Assembly (NCBI GenBank): GCA_965246755.1
Contig: OZ251979.1
Span: forward strand, 649,089-713,088
Reading direction: 5' to 3'
From: Alphaproteobacteria bacterium
GTDB taxonomy: Bacteria > Pseudomonadota > Alphaproteobacteria > UBA11073
Length of the DNA stretch: 64,000 nt
The position numbers and the translations under genes are program-made. The notes under the pieces were generated by a model. That model saw nothing but the letters and a program-made list of their open reading frames with translations, searched no databases and was not told where the DNA came from. Shown piece after piece: positions 15,937 to 24,866 of the stretch (position 1 is the first letter of the stretch; each line of letters starts with the position of its first letter).

Positions 15937-17169
15937 ATGAATATCTCGCTGGAACAGGTGCAATTGGCGTTATTGATCGGTGCGGTGGTGTCGATGCTCG
16001 CGCGGCGTTTGAAAATGCCTTACACGGTGGGCTTGGTTATCGCCGGCGTTGGCGTCGCCTTGTCGCCCATCCCGCTGAACGGCACTGTGCTGACCAAGGA
16101 CCTTATTTTTAAAGTTTTGTTGCCGCCATTGATTTTCGAAGCCGCCTTTTTGATCCCGTGGCGCGACATGAAAAAGGATTTGCCGGTGACACTGTTGCTG
16201 GCAACCGCCGGGGTTATTATCTCTGCCGGCATCATTGCCGCGGGCGCCTGTTATTTGCTGGAATGGCCAGTGCAAATCGCGCTGTTGTTCGGCGCCCTGA
16301 TTTCAGCGACCGATCCGGTCTCCGTTATTGCGACCTTTAAATCCGCCAAAGTTAAAGGCCGTTTGGCACTGTTGGTGGAAGGCGAAAGCTTGCTCAATGA
16401 TGCAACCGCCGTCGTTCTCTTCATTATCATGTTCGGCGCGGTGACGTTGGGGCAGGAGATTACGATCGGTCATGCCTTGTTGTCATTCGTCACCATTGCC
16501 GGTGGCGGCATTTTGTGCGGCCTTGTTGTCAGCGCCGTGACACTGTTTCTGATCGGCAATACTGATGATCATCTGGTTGAAATTACCTTTACCACTGTCG
16601 CCGCCTATGGCTCGTTTTTGCTGGCGGAGCATTTTCATGCCTCGGGCGTGCTGGCGACGCTGGTCACGGGTTTGATGCTGGGCAATATTGGACGGTTGGG
16701 GATTTTGTCGAACAAGGGACGCGAGGCGGTCGCGTCGTTTTGGGAATATATCGGCTTTGCGGTGAATTCCCTCATTTTTTTGTTGATGGGATTGCCGCTG
16801 ATCAATCATGATTTCGGCCCCGATGTGTGGTGGCCCTTGGGTTGTATGATTGCGCTGATCCTGTTTGGCCGCGCGGTTGCGGTTTATGGCTTGTGCAGTG
16901 TTTTCAGCTGGTCGCCCAAATTAAAAGTGTCCTTGCCGCATCAGCATATCCTGGTCTGGGGCGGGCTGCGCGGTGCGCTATCACTGGCATTGGTTTTGGG
17001 ATTGCCGCGCAGCATGCCGATGCGCGAGACGATTGTTAGCACGACCTTCGGCGTGGTGGCATTTTCGGTGATTGTACAGGGTTTGACGATGGTGCCTTTG
17101 CTTAAGTATTTGGGGATCTTAGAGCGGGTGAAAGTTGTTAAAGAATATCGCGCGAAAAAACAAAGTTAG
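15937..17169 (+). CDS. Na+/H+ (cation:proton) antiporter, CPA1/NhaP-type
   Basis: 410-aa polytopic membrane protein, 10-12 TM helices, typical CPA1 composition (LNDATAVVLF motif). Confidence 0.6.
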   Translation: MNISLEQVQLALLIGAVVSMLARRLKMPYTVGLVIAGVGVALSPIPLNGTVLTKDLIFKVLLPPLIFEAAFLIPWRDMKKDLPVTLLLATAGVIISAGIIAAGACYLLEWPVQIALLFGALISATDPVSVIATFKSAKVKGRLALLVEGESLLNDATAVVLFIIMFGAVTLGQEITIGHALLSFVTIAGGGILCGLVVSAVTLFLIGNTDDHLVEITFTTVAAYGSFLLAEHFHASGVLATLVTGLMLGNIGRLGILSNKGREAVASFWEYIGFAVNSLIFLLMGLPLINHDFGPDVWWPLGCMIALILFGRAVAVYGLCSVFSWSPKLKVSLPHQHILVWGGLRGALSLALVLGLPRSMPMRETIVSTTFGVVAFSVIVQGLTMVPLLKYLGILERVKVVKEYRAKKQS

Positions 17170-17224
17170 GCGTTGAAACCATCTCTCCCTTACGTGCTAC
17201 AATCTATGCATAGCTGATGTTATG

Positions 17225-17707
17225 CTAGGAAGAACAGCCTCCCCCTTCCGCCTTTGCAACGTGTACGTTGCGGCGGCGCGATAAATGCGGGGAGGCAAAA
17301 ATTTGCCCTTGCAAATTTGGGTGGGGGTTAATATGCGGTAATACATCCTCAATAACCGACGTTATATTGCTATTAATGTTCTGGTTGCTATATCGTAAAA
17401 CTTTATAGCCTTCTGAAACCAAGAATGCATCTCTTGTGTCATCTTTATCCACGTCATGATGTGCGCCATCAATTTCCACAATCAGCCGATATTCATGGCA
17501 GCAAAAATCCGCAATATACTTTCCAAATAAGACTTGCCGGCGCCAACGGCCATGCGCGCGCGGTTGTTCCTTGATTGCGCACCAAAATTTGAACTCTTCG
17601 TCGGTTATGTTTTTACGCATGTCGCGGGCGAAATAAAATTGTGAAGTGCGCCCAGAAACCATGTGACCCCCACCCAAATTTATAGGGTAAAACAATTCTT
17701 GTTTCAC
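17225..17707 (-). CDS. DUF559 endonuclease-domain protein (Vsr/restriction-endonuclease-like fold)
   Basis: RQVLFGKYIADFCCHEYRLIVEIDGAHH...D..RD.FL...GYKVLR matches DUF559 consensus; C-terminal tail is encoded by the flanking repeat; likely true start at internal Met16. Confidence 0.55.
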   Translation of the reverse strand: MKQELFYPINLGGGHMVSGRTSQFYFARDMRKNITDEEFKFWCAIKEQPRAHGRWRRQVLFGKYIADFCCHEYRLIVEIDGAHHDVDKDDTRDAFLVSEGYKVLRYSNQNINSNITSVIEDVLPHINPHPNLQGQIFASPHLSRRRNVHVAKAEGGGCSS

Positions 17708-17745
17708 CCTATAAATTTGTGCCTCCCCACAAGGGGGAGGCTATT
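17236..17745. mobile_element. Mini-element: DUF559 gene bracketed by nested inverted repeats
   Basis: Outer IR GCCTCCCCCTTCC (17237-17249) / GGAAGGGGGAGGC-like (about 17730-17742); inner IR GGGGAGGCAAAAATTTG...CAAATTTGGGTGGGGGT (17288-17329) vs ACCCCCACCCAAATTT...AAATTTGTGCCTCCCC (about 17666-17728); perfect palindrome GCAACGTGTACGTTGC at 17256-17271. Confidence 0.45.
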
Positions 17746-17808
17746 CGCCCCGGCATAGCATCGTTTGCATATACGTTCAGTCCCTAAAAGGGAGAAGGGA
17801 AACCGCGG

Positions 17809-18483
17809 CTAAATATCTGCCGTCGGTGCAAAACTGCGATTGTGCTCATGCACGCCGACCGTACGAGATAGTGCGATATCGTCATTCGCGGCAGGATTGA
17901 AGGTGCCGGTTCTAAATTGCGCGCGAGCGCGGGTAGGTTGCAGTGGTACAACACCAGCACCAACGGCTGTTGTTTCTAACAAATGTTGATTTTGGTCCAG
18001 AAAATTTTCTAAAAACCATTTTTTAGCACCTTCAACATCTGTTTCGGTGCCGTCTGCTAATGTAATGGTGCCTCTAACGATTAGGTCTTTTGACCAACGT
18101 TTTAAATCATAGCAATGCCGAAGATTAAGATTGCCACCGACAAATGTTAAGAGATCAAGATTTGATACATGGGTCAATGATATGTTTACATCGCCTTCGG
18201 CTGATGTGAAATTACCAAGATCTGTCACTTCACTTTCTGCCAGATAAACATCGCCATTTGATGAGGTAAAATTACCCAGGCCGGTTATTTTGGTTTTGCC
18301 AGCATCTAGACCTTCTAAGGTCCAAGTTAAATTGCCTAAACTTATAATATCCGTGCCATATACTAGAAGCTTACCAAAATACTTTCCATTGGGATTATCA
18401 ATTTTTAAAACGCGGCCGCCGGAAATCGTATCGTCAATAACTAATGCAAAGCCGTCAAAATGGGATCGATGCGTAATAGCCAT
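17809..18483 (-). CDS. Repeat protein with LRR-like GNxT/S repeats, unknown function
   Basis: Repeated LGNFTS(S/A)(N/E)GDV units and LxxLxL patterns; ~45% GC island. Confidence 0.35.
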   Translation of the reverse strand: MAITHRSHFDGFALVIDDTISGGRVLKIDNPNGKYFGKLLVYGTDIISLGNLTWTLEGLDAGKTKITGLGNFTSSNGDVYLAESEVTDLGNFTSAEGDVNISLTHVSNLDLLTFVGGNLNLRHCYDLKRWSKDLIVRGTITLADGTETDVEGAKKWFLENFLDQNQHLLETTAVGAGVVPLQPTRARAQFRTGTFNPAANDDIALSRTVGVHEHNRSFAPTADI

Positions 18484-18605
18484 ATTACTTCCTTTTCATT
18501 ATGCTATTTAAATATATTTCAAATGTCCCCTTTCAGCAACTTTTTAATTACTTTCATAAAGAAGGCCGCGATGAACGCGGCCTTCTTTCGTGATGTAAGC
18601 AAGGC

Positions 18606-20777
18606 TTATGCAGATTGCTGCATCGGTGGCTGGTCGCCCTGGCCAGCCTGGCCACCACGGGACTGGTTACCGCCTGCATTACCCAAGTCTTCGCCCGTGG
18701 CCTGGTCAACCTGTTTCATCGACAGTTTGATTTTACCGCGGTCGTCCACGCCGAGGACTTTGACCTTGACGGTCTGGCCTTCCGAGACGATATCTTTCAC
18801 ATTCTGCACGCGCTGTGGCGCGAGTTCAGACACATGTACCAGGCCGTCTTTCGCGCCCATGAAATTGACGAAGGCGCCGAATTCCATGATCTTGACGACT
18901 TTACCGCTGTAGATTTTACCGGTTTCGACTTCAGCGGCAATCGCATTGATCATGTCGATGGCTTTTTGCGCGGCGGTTTGGTCAACCGCGGCGACATGAA
19001 TGGTGCCGTCATCTTCGATGTCGATTTTGGCGCCCGACTGTTCGACGATGTCACGAATGACCTTGCCGCCGGTGCCGATAACTTCGCGGATTTTATCCTT
19101 GCTGATTTTGAAGGTGGTGATCTGCGGCGCGTTTTTGGAGACTTCACCGCGCGCGTTGGTCAATGCCTTGGCCATTTCACCCAGGATATGCAAACGGCCG
19201 TCTTTCGCCTGTGACAGCGCGACCTGCATAATCTGTTCATTGACCGACGTGATTTTCAAATCCATCTGCAAGGCAGTGATGCCCGCATCAGTTCCGGCAA
19301 CTTTAAAATCCATATCACCCAGATGATCTTCATCCCCCAGAATGTCAGAGATGACCGCGTAACGCTCGCCTTCCTTGATCAGGCCCATGGCGATCCCAGC
19401 GATGGGGCGCGCCAGCGGCACCCCGGCATCCATCATCGCCAGCGACGTACCGCACACGGTGGCCATCGAAGATGAACCGTTGGACTCTGTAATTTCGGAC
19501 ACCACGCGCACGGTGTAAGGGAAGTTGGCCTTGCCCGGCAGTAAGGGGTGAATCGCGCGCCACGCCAATTTACCATGACCGATTTCGCGGCGGCCTGGAG
19601 ATGACATGCGGCCCGCTTCGCCCACCGAATAGGGTGGGAAGTTATAATGCAGCATGAAGTTTTCGCGGTATTCGCCGGTCAAAACGTCAAAGATTTGTTC
19701 GTCTTGCGCGGTGCCGAGTGTCGCGACAACCAGCGCCTGCGTTTCGCCACGCGTAAACAGGGCTGAGCCATGCGCGCGGGGCAAAATACCAACTTCCGAG
19801 ACAATCGGGCGTACAGTTTTACCATCGCGGCCATCGATACGGATGCCGGTATCCAGCAGGCGGTTGCGCACGACATTGCTTTCCAAATCTTTGAACGCAG
19901 TCGTGATTTGTTTGTCGGTGTAACCGTGATCAGCCAAACCAGCGATGGCTTGTTTTTTCAAACCGCCAACCGCGGCGTAGCGTTCCGCTTTGGCCGTGAT
20001 GCTGTAAGCATTGCCGAGCGCTTCGTTATATTGCTGCAAACCGGCATCGAGCGCCTGTTTATCAAACGTACTCGCCGGCATATCCCACGGCTCTTTCGCC
20101 GCCTGTTCCGCGAGTTTGATGATCGCGTCAATGACCGGCTGGAATTCACGCCAGCCGAACATCACCGCGCCGAGCATTTGCTCTTCGGTCAATTCTTTGG
20201 CTTCCGATTCCACCATCAAAACGCCTTCTTGCGTACCGGCGACGATGAGGTCGAGGCTGCTGTCATCAATTTGCGACAGCGTCGGGTTCAACACATATTC
20301 GCCATTGATGTAACCGACACGTGATGCGCCGACCGGGCCCATGAACGGGACGCCGGCGAGGCACAATGCCGCCGAGGCGCCGATAAGGGCTGGCACGGCA
20401 GGGTCATTGTTCATGTCATGCGACAGGACGGTCGTGATCACCTGCACTTCGTTATAGAAGCCAGCCGGAAACAAGGGGCGGATCGGTCGGTCGATAAGGC
20501 GCGAGTTGAGCGTTTCATGCTCGCCGGGGCGGCCTTCACGTTTAAAGAAGCCACCGGGGATTTTACCGGCGGCAAAGGCCTTTTCCTGGTAATGGACGGT
20601 GAGCGGGAAGAAATCAATGTCCGGCTTGGCGGACTTGGCGGCAACCGCGGTGCAGAGCACAATGGTTTCACCATACGTCACCATGACGGCGCCGTCGGCT
20701 TGCCGCGCGACCTTGCCGGTTTCGAGACGGAGCGGACGGCCGCCCCAGGTTAAATCGACGCGAGAGATATCAAACAT
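18606..20777 (-). CDS. pnp: Polyribonucleotide nucleotidyltransferase (PNPase)
   Basis: 723 aa, duplicated RNase PH domains, KH and S1 domains; synteny rpsO-pnp. Confidence 0.95.
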   Translation of the reverse strand: MFDISRVDLTWGGRPLRLETGKVARQADGAVMVTYGETIVLCTAVAAKSAKPDIDFFPLTVHYQEKAFAAGKIPGGFFKREGRPGEHETLNSRLIDRPIRPLFPAGFYNEVQVITTVLSHDMNNDPAVPALIGASAALCLAGVPFMGPVGASRVGYINGEYVLNPTLSQIDDSSLDLIVAGTQEGVLMVESEAKELTEEQMLGAVMFGWREFQPVIDAIIKLAEQAAKEPWDMPASTFDKQALDAGLQQYNEALGNAYSITAKAERYAAVGGLKKQAIAGLADHGYTDKQITTAFKDLESNVVRNRLLDTGIRIDGRDGKTVRPIVSEVGILPRAHGSALFTRGETQALVVATLGTAQDEQIFDVLTGEYRENFMLHYNFPPYSVGEAGRMSSPGRREIGHGKLAWRAIHPLLPGKANFPYTVRVVSEITESNGSSSMATVCGTSLAMMDAGVPLARPIAGIAMGLIKEGERYAVISDILGDEDHLGDMDFKVAGTDAGITALQMDLKITSVNEQIMQVALSQAKDGRLHILGEMAKALTNARGEVSKNAPQITTFKISKDKIREVIGTGGKVIRDIVEQSGAKIDIEDDGTIHVAAVDQTAAQKAIDMINAIAAEVETGKIYSGKVVKIMEFGAFVNFMGAKDGLVHVSELAPQRVQNVKDIVSEGQTVKVKVLGVDDRGKIKLSMKQVDQATGEDLGNAGGNQSRGGQAGQGDQPPMQQSA

Positions 20778-21142
20778 ATTTAGGTTAGCTCCAAAGCTTG
20801 TTGTTGGTTAGGCCACATGAGTTTAAAAAACCTAGTTGGCGGTGTTGTGATTTTGATAGAAGGGTGAGTGTAAATTTGACGACCTGATGACGTAAAAATT
20901 TCCATGATTGTGAGACTCTCACTTTTAAATTTTGTCACAAGGTTATTTATAGCACATGCGTATGTGTAACCTTTTACATATGCCCCGCCTTGGGAAAGGT
21001 TATTTTCTGCATCTAGCATAAAGTAATGTAATTCGCGATATATACCTTCCCGAGGTATGCGAATTATACCACTTCGCCGGCGTGACAACAAATTTGCCAA
21101 TAGCAATCCTACTATCAATAATGGAAGATTACTGCGTGACGC

Positions 21143-21412
21143 TTAACGGCGGATGTTCAGCTTTTTAATCAAAGCTTCGTAACGCGGTTTTTCCTTGCGC
21201 GCCAAGTAGTCCAGTGATTTACGGCGTTGACCGACCAACAATAACAAACCGCGACGGCTATGCACGTCTTTTTTGTGGATTTGCATGTGGGCGGTCAGGT
21301 TGGTGATCCGTTCGGTGAGGATGGCGATTTGCACATCCAGTGATCCCGTATCAGTCCCATTGGCACCGTATTCTTTAATCAGCGCAATTTTGCGTTCAGC
21401 AGTAATCGACAT
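21143..21412 (-). CDS. rpsO: 30S ribosomal protein S15
   Basis: 89 aa, canonical S15 sequence ([35 protein letters not shown]). Confidence 0.95.
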   Translation of the reverse strand: MSITAERKIALIKEYGANGTDTGSLDVQIAILTERITNLTAHMQIHKKDVHSRRGLLLLVGQRRKSLDYLARKEKPRYEALIKKLNIRR

Positions 21413-21427
21413 CGTGACTCCATAAGG

Positions 21428-22438
21428 TCAGAGGTTGAAGAGACGCCGCGGCCAAAGCATTCCATTTTTAAACACCCCAATCCCGAGTGCCATTGCTCCC
21501 TCCGTGATCTGGCACACTGTGCCGTCAGAGAGAGGAATGGCCACCGTGACGGGTTGCCCCTGCCGCAAGCGGTGCAGAGAGTCCGGGGTTACGGCCAGGG
21601 CCGGGATGTCGTCCAGCGCGGTCGCAATCGGCTGTATTGCCTCTGCCGCCCCCATATGCCCCAATTCCGCCAATTTGTCCAATGAAATCGCGTTCGCAGC
21701 ATGAAATGGCCCAACGCGGGTGCGGCGCAAGGCGGTCAGATGCCCAACGGTGCCCAGCGCGCGGGCCATATCACGCGCCAGCGCGCGAATATAGGTGCCC
21801 TTGCCGCAGGTGACGCGGAAGTGAGCGGACGAGCCGATGAGCGGATGAGCACACGAGAAGGCCTCGTATTGCGCGCAGCCAAGATATTCGAGCTTGTGAA
21901 TAACAACAATACGCGATTTCATTTCAGGTGTCTGACCCGCGCGGGCGAGATCATAGGCGCGCTGGCCGTTAATCTTGATCGCGGAATATATGGGTGGTAT
22001 TTGTTCAATGTTGCCGGTGAATTGAGGAAGAATTTTTAGTATATACTCGTCTGCTGGTCTGCTGGTCTGCTCGTCTACTATCTCACCTTCCATATCATCC
22101 GTCGTGGTGGCAATGCCCCAACGCACGGTGAATTCATATTCCTTATCAGCATCAAATATAAACGGCAGCACCTTGGTGGCTTCATTAAAGGCGATGGGTA
22201 ATACGCCCGAAGCGAGAGGGTCCAGTGTTCCGGCATGGCCGGCTTTTTTACCGATTTGCAACATGCGCTTAGCCTTAATTAGTGCATCGTTAGATGTAAG
22301 GCCAAGCGGTTTATCAAGATTTAAAAAACCGCTAATCACGCGCGTTTTTGATACATGCGTTTGAGCTGGGTCAAATGAACGCCGTGATGGATGGGGCTGA
22401 ATTGCAGCCATTGCCAGGCGGTCAATGGCCCAAACCAA
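21428..22438 (-). CDS. truB: tRNA pseudouridine(55) synthase TruB
   Basis: GFLNLDKPLGLTSND motif and PUA-like C-terminus; true start probably downstream of track start because it overlaps next ORF; contains in-frame octamer repeat. Confidence 0.85.
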   Translation of the reverse strand: MVWAIDRLAMAAIQPHPSRRSFDPAQTHVSKTRVISGFLNLDKPLGLTSNDALIKAKRMLQIGKKAGHAGTLDPLASGVLPIAFNEATKVLPFIFDADKEYEFTVRWGIATTTDDMEGEIVDEQTSRPADEYILKILPQFTGNIEQIPPIYSAIKINGQRAYDLARAGQTPEMKSRIVVIHKLEYLGCAQYEAFSCAHPLIGSSAHFRVTCGKGTYIRALARDMARALGTVGHLTALRRTRVGPFHAANAISLDKLAELGHMGAAEAIQPIATALDDIPALAVTPDSLHRLRQGQPVTVAIPLSDGTVCQITEGAMALGIGVFKNGMLWPRRLFNL

Positions 22439-22935
22439 GGATGCGCCAGCGTGATTGATTGGGTCAGATCAGTTTGGCTGGCCGCCTGCAGCGCGGCGGT
22501 TGCCGTTTGCAATTGGGCGATGGCGCCGTCCCAAGTGACGTCAGCCGCAGGTTTAACATCAGCGGTGCTGACCGGTTGAGATGGCGTTTGACCGACAGCA
22601 AGTTGGGGCACGATGTTTGCAATGGCGGCATCAACAATTGCCACATGGCTGATCACCTGCGCAGGCGACCAATCGCGCGAGCTGTCTTCAATTCCCATAA
22701 AACGGTTGATCAAAAATTTTTTGCGGCGTTGGTGCAGCGTAAAACGTTCCGCAGCTTGCAATAATTTATCACGTGAGGTTTGAAAATTATTTTGCCATTG
22801 CGCAATATTAACCTGCGGTTTTAACATAAGTGGCAAAGCTGTTTTGATCAACAGGCGTTCCCATAAAGGAATGCCGGCGCCAGGCGGTGCCAATGGCGGT
22901 GATGTTAAGGTCATATTATTCAATGCCATAAACAC
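22336..22935 (-). CDS. Hypothetical protein (199 aa; possible DinB/YfiT-like His-rich C-terminus)
   Basis: Inserted between rbfA and truB; C-terminal IHHGVHLTQLKR; no confident family assignment. Confidence 0.3.
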   Translation of the reverse strand: MFMALNNMTLTSPPLAPPGAGIPLWERLLIKTALPLMLKPQVNIAQWQNNFQTSRDKLLQAAERFTLHQRRKKFLINRFMGIEDSSRDWSPAQVISHVAIVDAAIANIVPQLAVGQTPSQPVSTADVKPAADVTWDGAIAQLQTATAALQAASQTDLTQSITLAHPWFGPLTAWQWLQFSPIHHGVHLTQLKRMYQKRA

Positions 22936-22997
22936 ATGATATCTACAAGCCGCAGGGCATGTAGGACCAAGTTATCCTTTTTAATGATGTAATGATT

Positions 22998-23324
22998 TTA
23001 AGATGCCATCTTTTGAATGACGTCAGGATGCTGGGTCTGGTTGGCGGCAACACCGGTCCAGGCGGGCGGGTCGCTGCAGGGGAAAGACTCGATTGAGGAT
23101 TCCGATACCGCATCATTCGGATCGCGGGTTTTTTCCAGTGCGCCTAACGGTTGCGCGGCGCGTAATTCCTGACGGTTAATCCAGGCCTGCGCGTATTCTT
23201 CTTTATCAAAGCTGGCCTTATGAATTTCAGTATTGGCAACTTTGGTGATGACGCGCCACGGGCGTTCATCTTCCTGATGAAAACGTATTTTCCAAAATCT
23301 GTTCATGGCAACATCCCCGCGCAT
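22998..23324 (-). CDS. Small hypothetical protein with C-terminal SFPCSDPPAW motif (DUF2934-like?)
   Basis: 108 aa; motif recollection only. Confidence 0.3.
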   Translation of the reverse strand: MRGDVAMNRFWKIRFHQEDERPWRVITKVANTEIHKASFDKEEYAQAWINRQELRAAQPLGALEKTRDPNDAVSESSIESFPCSDPPAWTGVAANQTQHPDVIQKMAS

Positions 23325-23424
23325 TTAGCGTTAATTATGCGCGCGGCGCCGATAAGTTTTCGATAAGGAAGGGGAAAACGGGAAGTTAGAGATCGGAAGT
23401 AGGAATAGGATGCGTGAGGATGGA

Positions 23425-23829
23425 TTATCCAAATTCCGACGTCTCATCTCCCACATCCTTTAACAAGCTTTCAATCCGCGCGGCATAATCGAAGCTTTCG
23501 TCTTTAAGGAATTTGATTTGTGGCGAGGATTTAAGCGCGACACGGCGATCAACCGCATGGCGAAAGTAACCAGCATGGATATTAAGCGTTTTGATGATGG
23601 CATCCGCCGCGCCGCCGGTGGTGGTATTGACGCCCAAAGGAATGACAAAGGCGGTCGCGTGGCGGAGGTCGGGGGAGGTGCGCACCTCGGACACCGTGAC
23701 CGACACGCCAACCAGTTCCGGCGCGATGAAGTCGATGTCATGCAGGCTATCCGCCAGCGCGTGGCGGATTTCTTCGGCAACGCGCAGCTGGCGTTGCGAG
23801 GTCTGGCCTTTGGGCGTGCGGGGTTTCAT
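23425..23829 (-). CDS. rbfA: Ribosome-binding factor A
   Basis: 134 aa; RVAEEIRHALADSL...TVSEVRTSPDLRHATAFV typical RbfA KH fold. Confidence 0.9.
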   Translation of the reverse strand: MKPRTPKGQTSQRQLRVAEEIRHALADSLHDIDFIAPELVGVSVTVSEVRTSPDLRHATAFVIPLGVNTTTGGAADAIIKTLNIHAGYFRHAVDRRVALKSSPQIKFLKDESFDYAARIESLLKDVGDETSEFG

Positions 23830-23888
23830 TGAAAAAGGATACTAGGGGACTAGGAACTAGTCGAGAAATATTTGGTATAAAGCTATCA

Positions 23889-24108
23889 GTTGTGGTCCCC
23901 GGCCCCGCGCAAATTCTGCGTAGCGTTAGCGAAGCAGAATGGCGCGGAAATGTGCCGGGGTCTGGTAGGTTCAACAAGAAGAATGATATAGTTTGTCCTG
24001 ATAAAAATTAATCAAGTTTAGGTAACATGGGACCGGCTCTCAACATCTTACCAGACCCCGGCACATTTTGCTGTCGCATACGCTCCAGCGGGCCGGGGAC
24101 CACAGTTG
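23889..24108. repeat. MITE-like 220-bp nested palindromic element
   Basis: Outer IR TGTGGTCCCCGGCCC (23891-23905) / GGGCCGGGGACCACA (24090-24104); inner perfect 19-bp IR AATGTGCCGGGGTCTGGTA (23949-23967) / TACCAGACCCCGGCACATT (24049-24067); AT-rich centre. Confidence 0.5.
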
Positions 24109-24124
24109 AAAATTATGCACATAC

Positions 24125-24178
24125 GCGCAGCTAGCGTTGGGAGGTTTGGCCCTTAGGCGTGCGGGGGTTTCATGAAAA
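24125..24178. repeat. Diverged direct duplication of the rbfA 5' end/upstream segment (original at 23782-23835)
   Basis: GCGCAGCTAGCGTTGGGAGGTTTGGCCCTTAGGCGTGCGGGGGTTTCATGAAAA vs GCGCAGCTGGCGTTGCGAGGTCTGGCCTTTGGGCGTGCGGGGTTTCATTGAAAA, about 6 mismatches; brackets the palindromic element. Confidence 0.55.
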
Positions 24179-24221
24179 TAATATAAAACAAAAGCTCTTT
24201 GAGAAATAATCAAAAGTTATT

Positions 24222-24803
24222 TTAAGGCTCGCGTCTTGATATGATTTTATGCGAAGTACAAGAAATTTTTACAATAAGATCTGTTAAGTGCTGTTTGGTC
24301 ATATTTCTAGTTACACACCTTATAGCGGCCGTAATTTTTTCTGGCAATCGTTTATTATACATGATTGCAAAAAATGCGAGTGTCCCAACCGCATATGCAA
24401 CCATATCTTTTGGGTCATAAACGGCCTTTTTATCAAATTTTTGAGAATATTCATAAGCGCACAGCATAAAAAACATGCCTATTCCAGCAGAATTTATACG
24501 ATAATCGATTTCATTTTGCGGCCTTTCACAACGTCGATCCATGCCCATCATCAGTACAAATGCAAAGGCGGCCACAGATGGTGCTGAAAACAGATCGGCA
24601 CCATAAAATCTTAAAAATTCATCATTTAATTTTTGTCCGGTGAATTCAATAGGTCTTCTTAAGGGCAAAGTAAATGCTTTATAAACTTCTGGTCGACTAT
24701 AAAAACTAGCGGCCATTTTACAGTAAATTGCTAAGGCACCCGCTATCTGACATATGTGGCGTGCTTTATTATTATATGTAAAGACTTTAATTTTTTCACT
24801 CAT
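24222..24803 (-). CDS. Hypothetical membrane protein (low-GC island)
   Basis: 193 aa, 3-4 hydrophobic helices, ~35% GC. Confidence 0.3.
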   Translation of the reverse strand: MSEKIKVFTYNNKARHICQIAGALAIYCKMAASFYSRPEVYKAFTLPLRRPIEFTGQKLNDEFLRFYGADLFSAPSVAAFAFVLMMGMDRRCERPQNEIDYRINSAGIGMFFMLCAYEYSQKFDKKAVYDPKDMVAYAVGTLAFFAIMYNKRLPEKITAAIRCVTRNMTKQHLTDLIVKISCTSHKIISRREP

Positions 24804-24866
24804 ATTAGTATTTCAAACTAAACTAAGCTTGAAAGCAAGAAATTTAATACTTTCATGTTAAAATAT

